This document shows, in pieces, positions 45,760 through 55,032 of a stretch of DNA of 64,000 nucleotides. The notes beneath the pieces were generated by a model. It did no database searches. It had not been told where the DNA came from and saw nothing but the letters and a program-made list of their open reading frames with translations. The position numbers and the translations under genes are program-made. Positions within the stretch are counted from its first letter, which is position 1; each line of letters begins with the position of its first letter. Source of the stretch: a virus; IMG/VR virus record IMGVR_UViG_3300024581_003238, positions 79,988-143,987 of that record; one strand, 5' to 3'.

Positions 45760-47331
45760 ATGAGTATAGATGCAAGAAAACCCGGTGAAACATTTCTCGA
45801 ATATCGAGATCGGGTAATTAACAAAATTTCACCTTCATTTTGTGGTGCTAAATGGTATAATGCGACGATATGGTTAGGTAATGGAGCAACGACAAGTTGT
45901 CATCACCCACCGTCACATAAGATACCACTAACAGATCTTGAAAAATCGTATAAGGCAATCCATAATACCACATATAAGAAGGCGGTACGTAAACAAATGT
46001 TAGAGGGTGTACGTCCAAAAGAATGTGATTACTGTTGGAGAATAGAGGATTTGGGGAAAGATATGATTTCTGATAGAACACATAAGTCAGTCATTTATAC
46101 TGATAAAGAATTGATTGACGCTAAGGAGAAGTTAGGTGCAAGTGAAGATGTGGACTTAAGGACTTTAGAAATTTCGTTCGACCCTGTATGTAACTTTGCT
46201 TGTTCCTATTGTAACTCATCGTTTTCTACAACATGGCAAAAAGATATTAATAAAAATGGTCCATACCAAAATTTGGTAAGTGATGGTGCGGGTGCATTTC
46301 AACACAACGGAGACCACGCAATGCCTTACGGGAAATTAAATTTAAAAAACCCTTATGTCGATGCATTTTGGAAATGGTGGGAGGGTGAATTACAACACTC
46401 ATTACGAGAGTTAAGAGTCACAGGTGGTGAACCATCAATGTCTCGTAATTTTTGGAAATTAATGAAATGGTGGGAAACAAATAAAAACTCGGATATCGAC
46501 TTTGCGATAAATTCCAATTTAGGTATAAGTGATAAAATAATGGATTCACTTATTGAGTATAGTCATAATATTAAATCATTTCACATATACACTAGTTGTG
46601 AATCATACGGGACACATGCGGAATACATTAGAGATGGTTTAAATTGGAGAAAGTGGTTAAAAAACGTAGATAGAATATTATCTGAAGGAAATATTAAGTC
46701 ACTTAATATGATGTTAACAATAAACTCATTATGTCTTTTTAGTTTACCCGAATTCATGGATGAAATGATGAGAATTAAAAGAAGACATAAATCCTCATCA
46801 CCTGTATGTTCTTTTAACATTCTAAGATTCCCGTCATTCCAATCAATTGTGACATTACCGATGCAAATGAGGTTAGAAAGAGCGGACGCACTTGAAAAAT
46901 GGATTGAGGACAACTACACAGATGGTTCTAATTATTTTATGGATTGGGAGCGTGATGGTATGGTTCGATTAATCAATTATTTAAGAAATACTGAGGAAGG
47001 TCACGACCATACATCATCTATAGAGACTAGAGAACGGGATTTTAAATCATTTTACAAACAATATGATAAACGTAGAGGTAAAAATTTCTTAGAAACGTTC
47101 CCTATGTTAAAAAAGTGGTGGGATTTAATTCCCGACACAAATATTAAAGAGTTATCATCGACATTAAATGGTGATGACACTAAACACAATAAATACGTAA
47201 ATGAAGTACTCACTATAGCAAAAAAAGAGGGTTGGGTGTTAGAACCTCAATGGGCTAACCCTGGTGCTCAGGATTATGTCGAATCTGATGAGGAGTTAGA
47301 CATGATCGAGTACATAAAAAAGTTAAAATGA
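45760..47331 (+). CDS. Radical SAM enzyme with an N-terminal twitch domain
   Basis: FCGAKW...SCHH...ECDYCW, CNFACSYC and TGGEP. Confidence 0.88.
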   Translation: MSIDARKPGETFLEYRDRVINKISPSFCGAKWYNATIWLGNGATTSCHHPPSHKIPLTDLEKSYKAIHNTTYKKAVRKQMLEGVRPKECDYCWRIEDLGKDMISDRTHKSVIYTDKELIDAKEKLGASEDVDLRTLEISFDPVCNFACSYCNSSFSTTWQKDINKNGPYQNLVSDGAGAFQHNGDHAMPYGKLNLKNPYVDAFWKWWEGELQHSLRELRVTGGEPSMSRNFWKLMKWWETNKNSDIDFAINSNLGISDKIMDSLIEYSHNIKSFHIYTSCESYGTHAEYIRDGLNWRKWLKNVDRILSEGNIKSLNMMLTINSLCLFSLPEFMDEMMRIKRRHKSSSPVCSFNILRFPSFQSIVTLPMQMRLERADALEKWIEDNYTDGSNYFMDWERDGMVRLINYLRNTEEGHDHTSSIETRERDFKSFYKQYDKRRGKNFLETFPMLKKWWDLIPDTNIKELSSTLNGDDTKHNKYVNEVLTIAKKEGWVLEPQWANPGAQDYVESDEELDMIEYIKKLK

Positions 47332-48668
47332 AGAAAAAAAGAATAAAACCTTCGGAAGGTAATAAAACATTTTGTGTTGTACCGTGGACACACACTTATA
47401 TCTCACCTCAGAGTGAAAGGAGAATGTGTTGTGCGAGTAGAGAGAAGGCGTCTTGGGCTACACAATATATCGATGGTGATGTGGCAGATGTAAATTCCGA
47501 TTATTCACCAATTACATTGGAAGAACATTGGAATAGTGATTATATGAACGACATCAGAAAACGATTAATGGCGGGTGAAGAAATATCTCAATGTGATGTG
47601 TGTAATAATAAATTATTGAATATCCATGTTTACCGTGATTACTTCACCAAGACATTATTTCCTCACAAAATTGATGAGATTTTTGAAAATACCGATGATG
47701 AAGGAAAAACAACACTAAAACCAATATCCTATGATTACAGGATAAACAACCTATGTAACTTTAAATGTAGAATGTGTGGGGATCAACTATCCTCGCAATG
47801 GGAAAAAGAAAATAGAGAATTAGGTTACTATGATAACGGTGTAGACGCATGGGCAAGTGATTTATATAAACCACTTATAGGTGAATTTCAAAAAACGGTC
47901 GTTGAAAAAGAGTTATGGGATGCTGTTTACGAAAAGAGAATTGAAGAGATATATTGGGTTGGTGGGGAACCACTAATGTGGGATATACATTGGGACATAA
48001 TGTCATATTTGGTTGAAAACGACCAAGCTAAAGATGTGGTTGTTAGATATAACACCAATCTAAGTATGGTTGAAAGGAGAAAAGTAAAGTTATATGATTT
48101 ATTACAACACTTTAAGAGGGTTCAAATATGTGCGAGTATAGATGGTGTAGGAAAAATAGGTGAATACATTAGGACAGGATTAAGATGGAATAGTTGGATA
48201 AATAATTTTAAAAAAGGTTTATTCTTGAATGAGAAATACGGTGATTACGGGATCTCTTTTGACCTTACCGTCACTTCACCAGGTTTATTCTCAATAAAAG
48301 ACATGATAGATGTGACAATGGAGTTGGATGTCCATACATTAATTAAGACTACATTTTCATTCGATAGTACAATTATAATGTCTCCAATGATGATACCGAG
48401 ACACATCTTAGACCCTATTTTAGATGATATAATAGATTATGCCACCGAGAAAGCGAAGGTAAATTCAAAAATACAAAATTACGTAGATTGTTTTTTAGAT
48501 ATAAAAAGTAAAAAGACATTTGAAGAGGAGTATGATGATTGGGAAGAGGGAATCCGTAATGGGAAAAAACAAATGGAAAGAACAGATATGTATAGAAATA
48601 ACCCCGATACTTTGAATGAAATTTTTTCAGAAAATGAGGAATTGATAAAGTGGTGGAAATCAATTTAA
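47328..48668 (+). CDS. Radical SAM enzyme with an N-terminal twitch domain
   Basis: FCVVPW...RMCC...QCDVC, CNFKCRMC and VGGEP. Confidence 0.88.
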   Translation: MKKKRIKPSEGNKTFCVVPWTHTYISPQSERRMCCASREKASWATQYIDGDVADVNSDYSPITLEEHWNSDYMNDIRKRLMAGEEISQCDVCNNKLLNIHVYRDYFTKTLFPHKIDEIFENTDDEGKTTLKPISYDYRINNLCNFKCRMCGDQLSSQWEKENRELGYYDNGVDAWASDLYKPLIGEFQKTVVEKELWDAVYEKRIEEIYWVGGEPLMWDIHWDIMSYLVENDQAKDVVVRYNTNLSMVERRKVKLYDLLQHFKRVQICASIDGVGKIGEYIRTGLRWNSWINNFKKGLFLNEKYGDYGISFDLTVTSPGLFSIKDMIDVTMELDVHTLIKTTFSFDSTIIMSPMMIPRHILDPILDDIIDYATEKAKVNSKIQNYVDCFLDIKSKKTFEEEYDDWEEGIRNGKKQMERTDMYRNNPDTLNEIFSENEELIKWWKSI

Positions 48669-48672
48669 AACT

Positions 48673-49866
48673 ATGGAAGAAAAAAAAGGTTTTTGTGTCT
48701 TACCATTCATACACTTAGCAACACACCCAATAGGAACAGTAACACCTTGTTGTATCACTGAGATGAAAGATGATGTGAGTAGTGCTATAGATGGTGACAG
48801 AAAGTTATTTTTAGAAACCGATCCTCTAACAGATATTGCTAATTCGGAAAGATTCTCATCCATGAGATCTCAAATGTTAAAAGGGGAATACCCAAAAGTA
48901 TGTAGGATTTGTCAACACCATGATGAAAATGGTATTTACAGTAAACGTAGGGAAAGTAACGAAAAATTCAAACATTTGATTGACGATGCGGTACTGAACA
49001 CTAAAGAGAATGGTGACCTCATTAATGTTAATTACAAATACATTGAGTTAAGGTTGGGTACTGTGTGTAATTTAAAATGTATAACATGTAACCCGTTTAG
49101 TAGTAATAGGTGGAATGAAGATGTTAAAATATTTAAAGGGACCGAGTTCGAGAAACAATATTTCAAAAACAACGATAAAACAGAATGGTATCGAAGTACC
49201 GAGTTTTATGATGATTTGATAAAACACACACCTGAACTCGAAGAAGTTTGGATTAATGGTGGGGAACCGACATTAATAAAAGAACATTCTTATTTTCTCC
49301 AAAAGTTAATTGATAATGGTGTTGCTAAAAACGTAAACTTACATTACAGTATAAATTTAACAAGGATACCTGATACGTTTATCGAAATATGGAAACAATT
49401 TAAAAAAGTTAGGTTGTCATTATCGATCGACGATTTGGGTGATCGTAACGATTATATTAGGACTGGTTCTATGTGGTCAGTGATATATAAAAATTTTAAA
49501 AAGATATTGAATTATAGAGACACGTTTTCAATTGAGGTTTGTCAAACAGTGAGTATGTTGAATGTGTATGAATTAAACGAATTTAAGAAATTTACGCAGG
49601 AACATAGAGTAGTACTGTCTCATAACTATGTTAACTACCCTTCATTTCTTCATGTATCTAACATCCCTGAAGAAATGAAACAAGAAATTCTAAAAAGGAT
49701 ACCAAATTTACATGTTGAGGAGGTTGAACGATTGACTGAAGAACTATATAAAAATAAAACATCTGAGTTTGAAAAATTCTATAAATATATTAATATGTTG
49801 GACCTAAAAAGAAATGTTAGTATTTCTGAAAGTCTGAATGAATGGGAAAAATATTTTACAAAATGA
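48673..49866 (+). CDS. Radical SAM enzyme with an N-terminal twitch domain
   Basis: FCVLPF...TPCC...VCRIC, CNLKCITC and NGGEP. Confidence 0.88.
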   Translation: MEEKKGFCVLPFIHLATHPIGTVTPCCITEMKDDVSSAIDGDRKLFLETDPLTDIANSERFSSMRSQMLKGEYPKVCRICQHHDENGIYSKRRESNEKFKHLIDDAVLNTKENGDLINVNYKYIELRLGTVCNLKCITCNPFSSNRWNEDVKIFKGTEFEKQYFKNNDKTEWYRSTEFYDDLIKHTPELEEVWINGGEPTLIKEHSYFLQKLIDNGVAKNVNLHYSINLTRIPDTFIEIWKQFKKVRLSLSIDDLGDRNDYIRTGSMWSVIYKNFKKILNYRDTFSIEVCQTVSMLNVYELNEFKKFTQEHRVVLSHNYVNYPSFLHVSNIPEEMKQEILKRIPNLHVEEVERLTEELYKNKTSEFEKFYKYINMLDLKRNVSISESLNEWEKYFTK

Positions 49867-50642
49867 TTAATGGTAAAAAAGTATTATTAGCAAGTGGGTG
49901 TAGTTTTACTTTTGAAGATTGGAATTGGCCGGGATTTTTGTCTAAAAAACTAAATTTAGATCTACTTAATAGGGGAATGGCATCACAAGGTAACGGATTA
50001 ATTTCTCGTAAAGTTATTTCAGGTTTAGACGAACTACTAAAAGATTATAAAAAAGAGGAAATATTGGTAGGTATAATGTGGTCAGGAGTTAATAGACATG
50101 AATATTATACAGACTCCCCAAAAGATGTTAAAGATTGGGGTTTCTTCGGAACACAAGATACCCATATAAAAAACCCAACAGACGTTATTAAAGGTAGATA
50201 TAATTGGAGGATATTGAATATTAATTGGTCTCAGGAAAAAGAAGTCAGAACATATTATGAAATGTATCATAACGATGTTTCATCTATGGTTTATACTTTA
50301 GAACATATATTAAGAATACAGTGGTACTTAGATGGTTTAGGTATTGATTATTTCATGTCAACTTTTATGGATATATTTAATTGGGGACATCTCAAAAACA
50401 ACCCTGAAATAGAACTACTATATTCAAAAATAAATTTTGATAAGTTTTTACCTGTCAAAGGTTGTATGGAATGGGTGTGTGAAAATTATAATGAGAAAGG
50501 GATGCCACCTCCACATGATGAACATGGTAATAGGGGTAGTCATCCAGAACCTTACGGTCATGAAAAATTTACTGAAGAAGTAATCATACCACACTTAAAT
50601 TTAACACCTAACCCAATACCTCGCAAGAAAAAACTTATTTAA
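49863..50642 (+). CDS. SGNH/GDSL-like hydrolase or acyltransferase
   Basis: LASGCSFT (block I), GMASQGN (block II), C-terminal GSHPEPYGHEKF (block V). Start corrected to ATG 49863 (ATGA overlap). Confidence 0.6.
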   Translation: MINGKKVLLASGCSFTFEDWNWPGFLSKKLNLDLLNRGMASQGNGLISRKVISGLDELLKDYKKEEILVGIMWSGVNRHEYYTDSPKDVKDWGFFGTQDTHIKNPTDVIKGRYNWRILNINWSQEKEVRTYYEMYHNDVSSMVYTLEHILRIQWYLDGLGIDYFMSTFMDIFNWGHLKNNPEIELLYSKINFDKFLPVKGCMEWVCENYNEKGMPPPHDEHGNRGSHPEPYGHEKFTEEVIIPHLNLTPNPIPRKKKLI

Positions 50643-51631
50643 TGATAATAAATGATATAGTTTACTTCTTTTCATACTCACATTCACCTCTATTAAGTTT
50701 TTTAAAATTCCCAAACGAAACAAAAAAAATAGATGAATGTGAGACAATTGTGCTTTCACAATATTCAATTAATAGTAGTTTTATCTCAACCCTATCAAAA
50801 TATATTCATAATGGATATAAGATTATTATAGACAATTCTGCGGAAATACTAGGAATAAATTCCATTGAATTTATTTTAAGTGTCAGTAAACCCGAAAATG
50901 TTACCGTATACGCGAACACTTATGAGACATCTATGGAAAGTAATGTCCAAAAAATTATAGATTACGGAGCAAACGTCATAATAGAACCATTTTTCATAAG
51001 TTGTATAAATTATTACCAACCCACATACACTAATGAGATCATCAATAAAAAAGAGTTTTTACTTCTTTGTGGAAAAAGTAAACCTACCAGAACTTCTATG
51101 GTTGGGTTGCTATCTTACTATGATCTAATCAAGTACGGACATGTTAGTTTTTTTGGTGATGGGGTTATTAATAACAAGTCTAATTTCTTTAGGGATAAAA
51201 AATCAGATTATTTTGATAAAACTAATTCACCTGATGATCAAAAAAATAAAGTTAGGTTAGGGTTATCTAAATTACCATCTAAAATGATATTAGATGTGCA
51301 AGACCTAACTCATTCAATATCACATGGAAGGAAATATAATGGTGATTATTACGATTCAGTCAATTTTGTGATTGTGGTTGAAAGTGACATTAGAGAAGGT
51401 ATGTTCTTCATAACCGAGAAAACAATGAAATGTGTCCAACAGAATAAAAAATTCATATTATTTGCAAGTTCAGGTTCATTATCTTTTATAAAAAACAAAG
51501 TCAAATTATATTTAAATAAAGACATCACACATCTAACAGACTGGTGTGACACATCATATGATAATATCAAAGATAAATGGGAACGATTAGACAAAATCGT
51601 AAATATCGTAAAAGATAATATAGGGGCGTAA
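50642..51631 (+). CDS. Putative GT-B-like glycosyltransferase (GT10/GT47-like C-terminal motif)
   Basis: FLLLCGKSKPTR and FVIVVES...FFITEKTMK..Q.KKFIL. Paralogous pattern to the next gene. Confidence 0.4.
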   Translation: MIINDIVYFFSYSHSPLLSFLKFPNETKKIDECETIVLSQYSINSSFISTLSKYIHNGYKIIIDNSAEILGINSIEFILSVSKPENVTVYANTYETSMESNVQKIIDYGANVIIEPFFISCINYYQPTYTNEIINKKEFLLLCGKSKPTRTSMVGLLSYYDLIKYGHVSFFGDGVINNKSNFFRDKKSDYFDKTNSPDDQKNKVRLGLSKLPSKMILDVQDLTHSISHGRKYNGDYYDSVNFVIVVESDIREGMFFITEKTMKCVQQNKKFILFASSGSLSFIKNKVKLYLNKDITHLTDWCDTSYDNIKDKWERLDKIVNIVKDNIGA

Positions 51632-51632
51632 T

Positions 51633-53102
51633 ATGAATATAGTATATAATAAAATTTTAGTGTACGATCCACAGGGTCGACCAGAACTTGTAAGTTCAAA
51701 TATACCCAAGTATAATATTCACCCTTGGCACACACACCCCATAATAAAAGATGGTGATGGTAATTACGAGTTTATTGATGAGTTAAGTAATAAATTGGGT
51801 ATCTCTTTCCCATACCGAAGAACCGGTAATGAGTCTAGAGAAATGATGGATACCCTAATTAAATTGAAGAGTCAAAGTTTTGAGGTTTTCTTAGATCATG
51901 AAATCCATAAACATAATATTTTGTTATTGGATGAAGTGGTGGATAAAAATATTAAATATGTGTACCCCATTATCACATATAACAATGCATTGTTTGATAC
52001 TTATCGTTCAGTTGAGATAGATCATAGAGTGATTAGTGATGCTAAAGATGGTAAATGTAAAATATGTTTTATACAACCTACGGAAGGTTTCTTTGGTCAG
52101 GATGATGACAATTATAGATGGTTTGATGATTTATCTAAAAAGTATGGATTGGATGAGACCAACCTATATATGATAACAACTAATTTTATCGCAAAGACAC
52201 GTAAAGGGGAATTAGTTTCACAAGGTGTTATAAATGATAAAACATATACAATACTTGACTATGCATATTTTGGAACAAACTTATGGTTCCATGATCCGGG
52301 TCGTGTAAGTAACCCCGAAAGTAAAAAAGTTGGTAGACAAAAATTATCAAGATTTATAAAATGGTCACTAACCGAAAAAAAAGAACTTCACTTTCTTAAC
52401 TTTAATAGGGTTCCTAAATTACACAGATTACTCCTTTATGGGTTTTTAAATAGTAATGATACCTTCAAAGGTAAATTTATATCATCATTAGGTGGTATGA
52501 ATACACAAAACCAACTTTATTATTACGATTGGGTTAGGAATAGTGTACCTTCTGAATTCAATGATAAGTGGAAAAATAGAATTATGGATTACTATCGTAC
52601 ACATAATTCTACAGAACACTATTGGTATGATGAACCTGATTTGGAAAATAATAAGGCCAATAATCTAAACACGGAGGCACATAAAAAATCATTTGTGAAT
52701 ATTGTTTCTGAATCTTTGACACATCAAACAACCGTGTTTTTTTCGGAAAAAATATATAAACCAATATTCGTTGCACAACCATTCATATTAATGGGTAATC
52801 CAAAATCCTTGGAAGTACTACAAAATCAAGGTTATAAAACATTTTCTAAGTGGTGGGATGAAAGTTATGATCAAGAACTTGATTTCTATAAAAGGATGGA
52901 TAAGATCTTCACATTAATGGAAGAGATATCGTCTTGGGATTTAGATAAATGTTTTGAAATAACTCAGGAAATGTTACCTACTCTAATTCACAACTTTAAC
53001 ATTTTGATGAAGGGTGAGACGTTACAAAATATGTTTAAGGAATTAGGTGCACATGAAGAATTACCAACGGAAGAAAAGGGACCAACTAAAAGACTAATTT
53101 AA
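51633..53102 (+). CDS. Putative GT-B-like glycosyltransferase (GT10/GT47-like C-terminal motif)
   Basis: FLNFNRVPKLHR and FVNIVSES...FFSEKIYKPIFVAQPFILMG. Confidence 0.45.
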   Translation: MNIVYNKILVYDPQGRPELVSSNIPKYNIHPWHTHPIIKDGDGNYEFIDELSNKLGISFPYRRTGNESREMMDTLIKLKSQSFEVFLDHEIHKHNILLLDEVVDKNIKYVYPIITYNNALFDTYRSVEIDHRVISDAKDGKCKICFIQPTEGFFGQDDDNYRWFDDLSKKYGLDETNLYMITTNFIAKTRKGELVSQGVINDKTYTILDYAYFGTNLWFHDPGRVSNPESKKVGRQKLSRFIKWSLTEKKELHFLNFNRVPKLHRLLLYGFLNSNDTFKGKFISSLGGMNTQNQLYYYDWVRNSVPSEFNDKWKNRIMDYYRTHNSTEHYWYDEPDLENNKANNLNTEAHKKSFVNIVSESLTHQTTVFFSEKIYKPIFVAQPFILMGNPKSLEVLQNQGYKTFSKWWDESYDQELDFYKRMDKIFTLMEEISSWDLDKCFEITQEMLPTLIHNFNILMKGETLQNMFKELGAHEELPTEEKGPTKRLI

Positions 53103-53127
53103 CTACGTCTTAAAAACCGAGAAACCC

Positions 53128-53156
53128 TTTACTTAAACGTCATTTTAATTTATCTT
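53128..53156 (+). promoter_or_regulatory. Promoter candidate TTTACT-N17-TATCTT
   Basis: In the 96-nt gap before the dehydrogenase gene; same spacing as the other four candidates, with a weaker match. Confidence 0.35.
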
Positions 53157-53198
53157 TTTAATAATTAAAATAAATATAATTATATATAAAAGTAAGAT

Positions 53199-54368
53199 AT
53201 GAAGGTAGGTTTCATAGGCGTTGGAAAACTAGGTAAAGACGCGGCTGAAGTTATGGCCGAAAAACATAATGTAATTGGTTACGACGTAACCTCGGTGGAA
53301 CCTGAAAACTTTAAAATGGTACCAACGATCGAAGAAGTATGTAAAGATCGTGAACTCATTTTTATCGCGGTACCGACACCTCACCATCCAGACTATGATG
53401 GTAGATACCCAACATCACATTTAGAGAATAAAGATTTTAATTATGACATTGTAAAGGAGGTCTTAGTTGAGGTAAACAAATACGTATCTAAGGAACAACT
53501 CATTGTACTTATATCAACAGTACTACCTGGTACTATCAGGAGAGAATTTATCGATTTAATTCCTAATGGTAGATTCATTTATAACCCATACTTAATTGCC
53601 ATGGGTACTGTGAAGTGGGATATGGTAAACCCTGAAATGATTATTATTGGAACTGAGGATGGTTCAAAGACAGGAGATGCGAAACTACTCTTAGATTTCT
53701 ATGGAACGTTTATTACGGAAGGTACTAGGTATGAGCTCGGTACATGGGATGAGGCGGAAGGTATTAAAATATTTTATAACACATTCATTTCAACCAAAGT
53801 TGCGTTAGTTAATATGATTCAAGATGTTGCGGAGAAGTCAGGTAACATAAATACCGACGTTATAACAGGAGCACTCGAAAGATCAACGTATAGAATTTTA
53901 GGACCTGCATATATGAAGGCGGGTATGGGAGATGGTGGAGGTTGTCACCCAAGAGACAACATTGCGTTAAGATATATGGCGGATAATTTAGGTTTGGGTT
54001 ACGACCTATTTGACTCAATTATGTTAGCGAGAGAAGTGCAATCCAAGAATATGGCAAACAGGTTAGTTGAGTTATCTAAAGAAAACAATTTACCTATAGT
54101 AATATTAGGTAAATCCTATAAACCCGATGTTGAATATGTCGACGGATCATCATCAATATTAGTGGGACACTATATTGAGGAACAAGGTTTATCGGTTCAG
54201 TTTGATTTAGAAACCCCGTTGGTTGGGGTATACCTGTTAGCTCACATGGGTAAACATCATGATTATAATTTCCCTGAAGGTTCGATTGTGTTAGATCCGT
54301 GGAGGTCGTTTAAGACTGATAAGGGGGTAAAAGTTATACATTATGGTGATACGAGGACAAGAAATTAA
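53199..54368 (+). CDS. ugd: UDP-glucose/GDP-mannose 6-dehydrogenase family enzyme
   Basis: Rossmann GFIGVGKLG, FIAVPTP, ISTVLPGT, AEGIKIFYN, catalytic Cys in GDGGGCHPRD and LGKSYKPD. Exact nucleotide-sugar substrate uncertain. Confidence 0.85.
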   Translation: MKVGFIGVGKLGKDAAEVMAEKHNVIGYDVTSVEPENFKMVPTIEEVCKDRELIFIAVPTPHHPDYDGRYPTSHLENKDFNYDIVKEVLVEVNKYVSKEQLIVLISTVLPGTIRREFIDLIPNGRFIYNPYLIAMGTVKWDMVNPEMIIIGTEDGSKTGDAKLLLDFYGTFITEGTRYELGTWDEAEGIKIFYNTFISTKVALVNMIQDVAEKSGNINTDVITGALERSTYRILGPAYMKAGMGDGGGCHPRDNIALRYMADNLGLGYDLFDSIMLAREVQSKNMANRLVELSKENNLPIVILGKSYKPDVEYVDGSSSILVGHYIEEQGLSVQFDLETPLVGVYLLAHMGKHHDYNFPEGSIVLDPWRSFKTDKGVKVIHYGDTRTRN

Positions 54369-55032
54369 AAATTTAATTGTTGCTGGATGTTCATATTCTT
54401 CATATACTGAGGTAGACTCAAACTACTCAACCTTCCTTTCCAATAATTTAAAACTTAATAACATTGATGGTTACAACGCGGGATGCGGTAGTAATCAGAG
54501 AATATGGAGAAAGATTATAACTGATATTAGAAGTGGTAAAATCAACTCATCAGATCTTTTAGTTATACAATATACCGAGAACACGAGGAAGGAAATTTGG
54601 TCCAAACACCACTTTAGTACATATAATGTCGGAAACGTTGTTAAAGGTACACCAATGAGGGAACAATATGGAGACGGACAATTAATAAAATTTAAATTAG
54701 GGTTCGAAGGTGACCACAAGGAAGAGGAGGAACTATTTAGATTATTAGAAAATAATTTTATAGATGAAGAATATGAAAAAGAGATATTTGAAAATACTCA
54801 CTTCACTTTAATTAAAACTATAGACTCACTTAAAATACGTACCCTTTTTTTAAAGACTAGATATAAATGGGATATAGATTTATACGATTCTAAATTTTGT
54901 CATAGTGTTGATGTGAAGGATTTGTTAAATGACGAGAGTATCTGTTTATCCGATAATGATTGTCATCATTTAAATGAAAGAGGTCATGAAAAGGTTGCGG
55001 GAATAATAGAAAAATATCTTAAAGAAATATGA
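54343..55032 (+). CDS. SGNH/GDSL-like protein
   Basis: LIVAGCSYS, GCGSNQRIWR and C-terminal DCHHLNERGHEKVA. Confidence 0.6.
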   Translation: MVIRGQEIKNLIVAGCSYSSYTEVDSNYSTFLSNNLKLNNIDGYNAGCGSNQRIWRKIITDIRSGKINSSDLLVIQYTENTRKEIWSKHHFSTYNVGNVVKGTPMREQYGDGQLIKFKLGFEGDHKEEEELFRLLENNFIDEEYEKEIFENTHFTLIKTIDSLKIRTLFLKTRYKWDIDLYDSKFCHSVDVKDLLNDESICLSDNDCHHLNERGHEKVAGIIEKYLKEI

